A stretch of DNA of 64,000 bases from Sarea resinae (lineage: Eukaryota). The notes beneath the pieces were generated by a model. The model was not told the origin of the DNA, made no database searches, and saw only the letters and a list, made by a program, of their open reading frames with translations. The stretch covers positions 62,001 to 126,000 of the forward strand of contig JAPEUD010000069.1 in the NCBI GenBank assembly GCA_026026165.1, read 5' to 3'. Every line of letters begins with the position of its first letter. The stretch's first letter is position 1. The translations under genes were made by a program, and so were the position numbers. Below, in pieces: positions 55,272 to 64,000 of the stretch.

Positions 55272-57745
55272 GTGGAGGCAGCATCTGCGCGAATGGCCGC
55301 CAGGGACCGCTTCGGCGCCCTCGGCGAGCCAGCACCCTCAGTCTTGCAACGATATATCCGTACGAAGCCCACGAAGCCTTCTTGCTTGTACACTTTGCCT
55401 TTGGGAATGAGCCGTGAGGTACTGACATGTTTGGTAGAAAATGCTTGTGACCCTCAGAACTTCGAGCCAAACCTGGCCTTGGACTTGGAGATCGCAGACC
55501 TGATCAATTCCAAAAAGGGCAATGCGTAAGTGGAACTCGGTGGCATATCAACATGTTGCGGTTCACTTCCTCTGACCAGCTGAAGTCCCCGAGAAGCGGC
55601 CGTTGCGATCGTCAATTACATCAACCACCGTAATCCGAATGTGTCATTGTTGGCATTAACAGTATGTTCCGGGATCTCACTAGGCTTAGATAAGGAGCGC
55701 AAGTTGACGAGGAATAGCTGCTCGATATATGCGTCAAAAACTGTGGTTATCCATTTCACCTTCAAATCAGCACCAAAGAGTTCTTGAACGAGCTTGTGCG
55801 CCGTTTCCCGGAGCGACCGCCAGCAAGGTCGACTAGGGTGCAGCAGAAGATCTTAGAAGCAATAGAAGAATGGAGGCAAACGATATGTCAGACCTCAAGA
55901 TACAAGGAAGATCTGGGCTTCATCAGAGATATGCACCGACTGCTGAGCTACAAGGGCTACGTGTTCCCGGAAGTCAGGAGGGAAGATGCTGCGGTGCTCA
56001 ATCCTAGCGATGTGCGTTCCGGAATTTTTCACATTTGGCTAAAGGCTTGAATCTAATCTCGTGTAGAATCTCAAGTCAGCCGAAGAGATGGAGGAAGAGG
56101 AGAGGGCGGCCCAATCCGCCAAGCTTCAGGAGCTCATCCGAAGAGGAGGTCCGCAAGACCTTCAAGAAGCAAACCGATTGATGAAAGTGATGGCGGGATA
56201 CGATACGAGGCATAAGACCGACTACCGAGCAAAAGCAGCAGAAGAAGTGGGCAAAATCCAGCAGAAGGCGAAGATACTAGAAGAAATGCTCCAGAGCTAC
56301 AAGCAGGGTGACAAGATGACGGAGGGTGACGTCTTCGAGGTCCGACTTTTTGTGCCTTGTCACTGTTACATTCCAGCTGACACCCTTTTAGGAACTGTCA
56401 AATGCTCTTTCAAGCGCGCAACCTAAGATCCAGAAAATGTGTGAAGAGGAATCGGACGACTCGGAGGCGGTAGCGAAGCTTCTAGAGATCAACGACAGCA
56501 TACATCGGACGGTCGAGAGATACAAGTTGATCAAGAAGGGAGATGTAGATGCGGCGACGAAGATACCAAAGGGAACCCTAGGTACCACGACAGGCGTTAG
56601 CAAAACTGCCGACAATGAGCTTTCATTGATCGACCTTGGAGGAGACCCCGAGCCAAGTGCTAATGGAGCCAACCCTAGCTCTAGTGCGGGCAATGGGCAA
56701 AAGGCAGAATCGCTTGAGGATGATCTTCTTGGACTTTCTTTCCAGGATGGCAACTATGGTCAGGGCGGCGGTATCGCACTCGGAATTGGCTCACCAACAG
56801 GTTAGTACGCCTTTCATGCTGTCTAGGCCTGATGCTGATATAGGATTGTTCTCTAGGACCTTCAAGTCCCCCGCCCACAAATCCCCAATTCCCAAGCATG
56901 TCTCCTCCACCACAATCATGGGGTCAACCTCAGCCTGCCAAGCCAAATTATGATGCCTTCGCATCGCTGACGGGCTCGCGGCCAGCTTCGCAAAGCGTGA
57001 CACCTGTACCAGCGCTATTCCAATCCCAGCAGCAGCCACCGCCACCACCACAAACAAAGCCAGCTGCCTCTCCACCTCCAGCCTCGGATCCATTTGCGGC
57101 ATTGTCATCGTCCGTGCAGCGACAGGTCTCACCTTTTCACTTCCAGGATCCGCCAGCGCCTCACACACCGAGCCTGTTCGGCCAAGCTCATCCATCGTCG
57201 AGTCTTGCTCAGCCGCCAACTGTGCCCAATGCTGCTCCACCCGCTGATGACGAATGGACTTTCTCTTCATCGTTGCCAGAGCAAGGCGGCCTTCCTGCCT
57301 CCAGCACGATAAATGCTACACCTCCGGGCTCGGACTTCCATATCAGCCTCTCCATCTCAAGGCAAGATGCAGTCATTGCTATTCTTGCTACCTTGACTAA
57401 TGCTACCGACCATCCAATCACGGATTTAACTTTTCAGGTCGCTGTTATGAAAGTAAGCCTCTGTTCCATTTCTCTTTCAGGAATCTTCAATCTCTCGCCT
57501 CCGCCTACCTTACTCTTTACTATCAAACTAACACAAATATCCAGGGCTTCTCACTAAAACTCGAACCTCAGTCTGGCCGCGACCTCGCCCCACGTCAAGC
57601 CAACACCATCACGCAGGTGATGCATCTCCATGGCGTCGAGAGGGGTAAAGGTGACTCTGTCAGGATACGCTGGAAGGCGTCGTACAAGATTGGAATGGCT
57701 GCGAAAGATGTCATGGGGGATATACCTTCTTTGGGCGTTGTTTGA
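55272..57745 (+). CDS. GGA2: GGA-family clathrin adaptor (VHS-GAT-GAE)
   Basis: VHS (ACDPQNFEPNLALDLEIADLINSKKG, LLDICVKNCGYPFHLQISTKEFLNELVRRFPE), GAT (AQSAKLQELIRRG) and GAE (LTFQVAV|FSLKLEPQSG). About 7 introns. Start is GTG 55272 or ATG 55293. Confidence 0.92.
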
Positions 57746-58408
57746 TCTGTCTTCGGATTGTTCTTGTCCCGTTCCCTTTCGTGAGACCTTTCGATCTGAG
57801 CTGAAGGTGTTGTTCATTTGTGTAAGCATGTAGAAGTGGATGTGCATTTGAAGAAGACACACAAATCTTTCATTCCAGAGAAGGATTCTATATTGTTGAG
57901 ACGTGACACTATGAAGTATATGCCATCTGACTTTTTTGAGGTTCTCTACATACAAGGTGTGAACTGGAAAAGAAATGGATAGGAGCATTGAAAAGGTACC
58001 GGTTTGAGGGATAGATAAGGTATGTGGCCCGGAGCTCGGTCCATGGATGCCTTTGTGGCGCGTGTGGCTCAATAGGTAGGTCAAGCCTCTCGCGTGGGAG
58101 TAGGAGCAATTCTAGGTACGCAGTACTTCAGTAGGCGCCAGAAGCGCAGTATCACACTTACCCAAGGTACCTTCCAGGTTGGCATCAATAGGTAGGTATG
58201 TCATCGAACTTCATCAATAGAGTCTCGGCATCCCGCCACATCGCCACATGTCCACATCTTGACAGTCCAAGCTTGTTGCTCCAGCCATAATAGGGTCGTC
58301 AGAAGGACTGCAATAGAGCCGAAAGACGCTCTCACCGGCACAACAGCATCGGCTCGCCCCACAGGCGCTCTCCCGTCGAGCGAGCGAGCTTCACTCGATC
58401 CGTCAACA

Positions 58409-59678
58409 ATGAACCCTCACATATCTCTTCCCCGACAACATGGCGGACCTTCACCCTACGGAGGAATATCGACAAACAATCGAGGCGAGGGTGTGCGAAT
58501 GCCTCGATTTTTCAAGCGGTAAGCCTCCCCCAGAAGCGTCTTTCCATCCTGCAGTCGACTAGCGGGGAGGGATCCTGGCCAACGCTGTTGCCATGGTCGA
58601 TTTCTCCCTCTTCACTCGCCCAAGGGGTCCGCTCCGGATGATGGCTCATACGTGTGTGTTATCACGTCCACAGGCTCTTCAAGTTTCCGCAAATGGACTT
58701 CGAGATGGCAGTCTGGGAGATGACGAGCCTCATAATAGCGCCCAAGAAAGTCTTTAGATCAATATACTACCACGTACGCTCCTCATTGCAAGCCTCTTTT
58801 GCCAGTGACCTTTGCTAATATATGCCAGAAACGTATGAGCTCCGATTTTACGTGCTATCCCAGAAGACTGACAAATTCCCTCAGAGACCAAAAACACATG
58901 GCACAGACCCGATCCATCCTTCACCTACCTCCTATCATTTTTCCTCCTTCTCTCGGCCATAGCTTGGGGTCTAGCATGGACATCTTCCTTCGGCTCCATC
59001 GTCCGCCTCTCCTTCATCTTCATTTTCGTCCACTTCATCGCTCTCGCCCTCACCATATCAACCGCAGCGTACTTCTTCGTTGGTCGTCTGCTCGGCCCAG
59101 AGGGGGCCAGTCTTCCACGGGGCAGGAGAAGACAGGGGCTTTTCAGCCATTTGGGAGAGCTGGATCAGTTGGAGTATGGATACTGTTTTGATGTGAGTCG
59201 TGCTCTCTATAGAGGCCTACTCCCATCGCCTCCAACCAGGTCGGGGTCGGGATGAGGGACCATAGCTGACACGGCTCCAATTTACAGGTCGCGATACGCG
59301 CTTTCTTCCCTGTTTGGGTCTTCCTATACGTTGTTCAATTCATCATGATGCCCCTGATAGCACGAGACTACTGGTATGAACGCCGTCCCCCCGGTCCCCC
59401 GCCCCGACACTCCCATCAGCAACCCATCCAAGCATGACTAACATCTTTGGCCTCGATATAAAAGGATCTCGCTTTTCCTCGGAAACACCCTCTACCTGAT
59501 AGCATTCAGCTACTACGCCGTCATCACCTTCCTGGGCTACAATGCGCTGCCCTTCCTCCACCACACGGAGCTGCTCCTCTCGCCTATCCTCGTCTTCGCC
59601 GTCCTCTGGTTCGTCACGCTTTTCGGCTTCAATCTGCCCACCCATGTGGCGCCCGTCATGTTGTTTGGCGCGCGCTAA
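58409..59678 (+). CDS. GMH1: UNC-50/Gmh1 family Golgi membrane protein
   Basis: RFFKR|LFKFPQMDFEMAVWEM...PKKVFRSIYYH|KQ|TKNTWHRPDP, LEYGYCFD, FLGYNALPFLHHT. Five introns, including a pair flanking a 4-nt exon. Confidence 0.93.
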
Positions 59679-59999
59679 CGACACCCCCGCCCGCCGCCAT
59701 ATGTGCATGGTCTTTTTCGTCTTGTCATTTTTCTCGTTTTCCTCTTTTTTTTTCTGTACAGTAATACTCCCTCTTTTTCTTGTTCTTCTTCTTTTTCTTC
59801 GTGTCGAAGGTTATGGGGCATCGTCGTCCGTCGTCGTCGTTGTTTGTAGATAAATGTCCATCATTCCCGGACGGTGGGCAGCATGACTTGCATCTCGCAT
59901 TGTTCTGTTTACTGGGCTCCGACGGATTTCGGCGTGGCTTTGAAAAGATAAGAACGGCGTTTGAAGCGGTTTCCTTTTTGTTTCTTTTTTTACATCGGT

Positions 60000-60000
<1 letters not shown>

Positions 60001-60037
<37 letters not shown>

Positions 60038-60076
60038 TGCTGGCTTCCAACAATCAATCAATCAATCAATCAATCA
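60001..60076. repeat. Compound microsatellite (TGCC)n + (ATCA)n
   Basis: About 9 TGCC and about 6 ATCA copies in the convergent GMH1/PP28 intergenic region. Confidence 0.95.
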
Positions 60077-60278
60077 ATTGATCGATCGATCATAGGTCAC
60101 ACTGATCCCGCGTCAAGAGGAAAGGCAGGGGAAAAAGGATCATTGATTTATTTCAATTCGTAGCGCGACATGTAAAGTAAATAAAAAATGTCGCCCGCCA
60201 GCCCCCTCCCCTCATGACAGGATAAGTGAGCCAACCACACCACCAGCCTCTCTCGAGAAGTCTCCTTCTTCTTCTTTC

Positions 60279-61294
60279 TTACTTGGCGGCGGCAGCCTTC
60301 TTGCCCTTCTTGGCAGGGCCCATGGCGGCCTCCTTGCGCTTCCGCTCCCGCTCGTCGAGCTCGGCGGCCTTTTGCTTGGCGACCTCGTCCTTGGCCTGCC
60401 TCTCGGCGTCCTTCTGCTGCTTCTCGGCCTCGCGCTTCTCGCGCACGATGCGCAGGCGCTCCATGTCGGCGCGCGCCTCGTCCGTCAGCCCCTTAGCGTG
60501 CAGCGCCTGGTAGCGTTTGCGCGCCTCTTCGGCCTGCAGGGCTTCGCGCTCGCGGCGCGAGAGCTGCGAGCGCGGCGTGTCCTTGCTGGGCTTGGAGGCT
60601 GCAGCGGCGGCGGCGGCGGCGGGGTCGACGGCGGCAGCAGCGGCTTGGGAGCGTGCGGAGGCGGTGTGGTTCGGGTTCGCGGGGGCGGGGGCGTCGGAGT
60701 CCTCGTCTTCGTCGTCATCCTCGTCCGAGGACGACGGCGGCAGGTCGCCGGGTCGGGTGGGCTGGCCTGTTTTCCGGGCTATGGCGGCGGCTTTTTTGGC
60801 TTTGGCGGCCGCGCGGCGCTCGTCGCGGGTTAGTTCTGCGCCTTCTTGCTGTTGTTGCTGTCCTCCTTCCTCGTCGGACGATTCTTCTGAGGATGAGGAG
60901 TCTTCTTCCGAGGAGTCCGAGTCCGATGTCGCTTTTGTGTCGCGTGGGTCCTGTGGAAGAGGGGCGTAGGGCATTAGTTGAATTGGGTCTCGTGGGTTTT
61001 GGTGTTGGCAACGTGGAAGAAAGAGGGGATGTGAAGACGGGGCGGGAGAGGAGAGATGAATTGCTTACACCCCACATGCCCTCTGGATTGCCATCTGCGT
61101 CGACGGGTCCGAGATTCCGGCTGAATTTCTTGCCGCCTGTGCAAAGGGAAAGGCGAGTTAGTCTCGTGTCTCTGGTCTTTCTGTCTTTTGGGAGGGAGTG
61201 CCCGGCTTGCTGGTGTTGGGAGTATTAGGGGAGACGCACCTCCTCTGGTGGGCTTGCTGAATTTGCCGCCGCGGCCACGACCACCGGGTGCCAT
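60279..61294 (-). CDS. PP28/PDAP1-like heat- and acid-stable phosphoprotein (casein kinase substrate)
   Basis: MAPGGRGRGGKFSKPTRGG|GKKFSRNL, acidic linker, ANPNH, and PP28 core LSRREREALQAEEARKRYQALHAKGLTDEARADMERLRIVREKRE. Two introns. Confidence 0.88.
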
Positions 61295-62206
61295 GATTGT
61301 GTGTGTGGAGTGGTGAGAGTAAATGTGAGGGTGAGGGTGAGGGGCAGTGAGTCAGGTCGAACTGACGATACTGGGGTTTTCGTGTGAAGTGGGGAGAGGG
61401 CGAGAGACTCGATATGGGTAGGAGTGGGATGAAGGAGGATGGTGGGGTAGAAAGGCGAGAAGAATGGCCGTTGAATGAGGACCAACAGTGAAGGGTTTTG
61501 CTCTCTTTCTCCTCTCTAGGCAGCGGTCGCAAATCAGAAAGAAATCAAGAGATGGGAAATTCGAATGTGCGTCGATCGATTGATGTCGTGCGTTCGAATG
61601 TTGCGTGAATGCATTCCCTTGTTGTTTCTGCGCTGGCGGGACCCCACCACTACTTGGGAACATGGACGAGGGACGAAGTACTCCACTCTCGCCCCTCGCT
61701 GCAGAGTACCTCCAATCATGTATGTACCCCGGTACCCTCGGGAGTTTTTCTCTTCTATTTCTTCGCGCCTTTTCGCTTCTTCTCTTCTCTTCTTCCTTTC
61801 TTCACATTCAATAAAACTACACCCCTTCAATATCCACTCTGGCCTTTTCCTGATAATCCCGTGGATGGTCTTGGAGGGGAAATTGAAGGGAAGACGGACT
61901 ACACGATCGTTGTTACTTACCCCTCGGCCTTCTTCTGCCCTTTTTCAAGGTGTGGAGGTGGAGGAAAAAAGCTCAGCGGGACATCTTTCTCTACTGCTTC
62001 ACTCTTGGTGTTCTTCAGGTCCATGAGCCTCGATCACCTCGTCATGGTTCCCCTTCGCCTTGGTTGTCATGGATACTACGGAGTCTACAATGGGATCAAG
62101 ATTTTTAGCTATTCAATACATGTCTCCCTGATTGACGCTCACTCTCGAGCATGAAGCGCGATGTTCTGCCTTTTCCCCTCCATGTCTCGTGATGCACTCT
62201 CACTAC

Positions 62207-63164
62207 CTACTGCGCAGCATGCTTCTGCACCGCCTCCAGCACTTCTCCCAGGCCTCGCACCACTACCGTTGGTCTCCCCTCGCCTCCCTCCACCAGCCCG
62301 TCCGTCCATCCGTTGCCGGCTCGGTCAACCCACGCCGCTTGCATCCCCACGGCCCTCGCCCCAACCACGTCGAAAGGGTTCCCACTCACGAGCCATATAT
62401 CCCCCATCTGGCGTCTCTTGCCGACCTTCTTGGCCAGCATCTCATACACCTCTGGAGCAGGCTTGTACCTGCTGACCTCCTCGACCACGACGATCTGTTG
62501 GAATGCCTTGGAGTGCGGCGCTAGGTCGGGAGAGCTGTTGACGCTGTTCGAGACCATGGACTGCGTGCCGTTGGAGAATACCACGGCCGTGATCCCCGGT
62601 GTCGAGGACAGCGTCTCGAGTGCAGGTGGGACATCCGGGAATGTGGAAAGCGAATCGTATGCCTTCATCAGTGACTCGATTGCCGCTTGCTCCAGCGAGA
62701 CGGACGAATCGGCCAGCGCGTGTTTGAGCGACCGTATCGTGACGTGCGAGAAAGGTTCGTACTGATCTGCATCGCGTTTGCCACGCCATCAGCAAGTGTA
62801 TCGTGCATACTTCAGTCGCTAATACTCCTTTTTCGTTATTCGCTTCAAATCCAAAGTCGCACGGTAGAGTAAGGTAGGTAATACTAGTAGGTAGGTAGGT
62901 AGGTAGGTGCCTGTGTGCGTGCTCATGGAGTCATATAGTACCTACTCAGGGCACTACTCTAGCATTGAACTTACTCATGCTATTCAACCTCCACGTATAC
63001 TCCAACTGATACCTCCTCCAAAGCGCCGCGATGGCCCTGGCCTTCTCATCCCCAAAATGCTCGGCGAGTTGCTTGGCGATCGACTCGGTCGACAGCAATG
63101 TGCCGTACAGGTCAAAGGCCAGGACCACGTCTCTTTGCTGCTGCTGCTGTTGAGATGCCGCCAT
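62207..63164 (-). CDS. HAD-superfamily hydrolase, haloacid dehalogenase type II-like
   Basis: Motif I AFDLYGTL; WRRYQLEYTW, FSNG, YKPAPEVY, LVSGNPFDVVGA. One intron at 62767..62974 containing (CCTA)n. In-frame ATGs further upstream (e.g. 63179) make the start uncertain. Confidence 0.92.
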
Positions 63165-64000
63165 GTCAGATGCTTTCATGGATGAAGGGAATCGCGTCCC
63201 GATGCGCAGGTTGCCTTGGCTCTGGATGCTGTGTTCGTATTGAATTGGCATTGGCGGGGTTTTGTTTGTTGTTTCTGGTGGACTCAGGTGCGCTGGGTTG
63301 CGCGATCTATCTGATGTGATGATACTGTATCGTGGGGGAGGGGGGGCTGTTGTCATGAGGTGGGCAGGGTGATTGGCATAAGGTAAGGTAGGTAGGTAGG
63401 TTCCTGTCTGCCCGCCCGTTGATAGGAAGGAAGATGAGGTGAGGACGGATGTTCCATGACGCAAGCGGGGATCAGTCAATTCAAGACGTCAACGCCAGAT
63501 TCGGCAATCGAATTAGATCCATCTACTGCACAATAACCCAATGTAAGGAGCAGGCATAGGTAGATGTCGAACAGCTTTTCACGCAGTCTTTCTCAAAGGT
63601 TGGGAATCCGTGGTGCCTTGTGTCGATATGAGGTTGTGAGAAGAGAGAGAGAGAGAGTGGCTTGACATCAGATTGTTGTTTCCCTGTCGAGTCTCGGTGA
63701 GGAGCGCCGGGGGAGGTGCAATACTACTACTATGGATGGTAAGGTATTCGTACCTATCCGTGGATGTACTCCGGAGTAAGCAGTAGCTGGAGCTAAGACA
63801 GCTCGCGATATGTATGGACGACTGTACGAGCTTTGCCCCAAAATAGCACGGCCGGCGAACAACAGTGAGTGTAACTCTATGAAGTACTTCATACTGCTGG
63901 TCCATGGGATCCTTGATGACAAGGCGTCCGCAGACTCTCGAAGATGATACGACTATACGAGCTATTCCCCACCCTTCAAGGGCATGCATGTGCCCAAATG

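Noticed and set aside
61500..62160. ORFs of 100-180 aa between the PP28 and HAD genes
   Set aside because: Low-complexity promoter/terminator DNA; overlapping in several frames with no recognisable domain.

Overview
Gene-dense window from a filamentous ascomycete (Pezizomycotina) nuclear genome, with short GT-AG introns and CTRAC branch points. I can support about 21 protein-coding loci, all identified by recognising motifs rather than by database search. Conserved housekeeping genes: SPT10, metacaspase, RPS26, a CBS/PB1 protein, importin beta-3 (PSE1), CCT7, a DNA ligase I-family gene, TIP20, mitochondrial IF2, TSR3, a GGA adaptor, GMH1/UNC-50, a PP28 protein and a HAD hydrolase. The left part (1-22 kb) is more accessory: a RIP-like AT-rich patch, a broken HeLo-like/ankyrin gene, a Na,K/H,K-like P-type ATPase, an F-box/LRR gene with three +1 frameshifts, a carboxylesterase and a small secreted protein. 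I found no CRISPR array, rRNA, intact tRNA or intact transposon, and no single clear novel multi-gene system. The most notable observations: (1) a 4-nt microexon in GMH1; (2) a probable GUG start codon in perfect Kozak context in GGA; (3) a structured element with a tRNA-Gln-like 5' end between IF2 and TSR3; (4) a perfect 12-bp palindrome, TACTCCGGAGTA, found three times in intergenic DNA, plus a TACGGAGTA cluster; (5) GC-rich, low-complexity 3' ends concentrated at convergent gene junctions. Exon boundaries were read by eye and may be off by a few bases.
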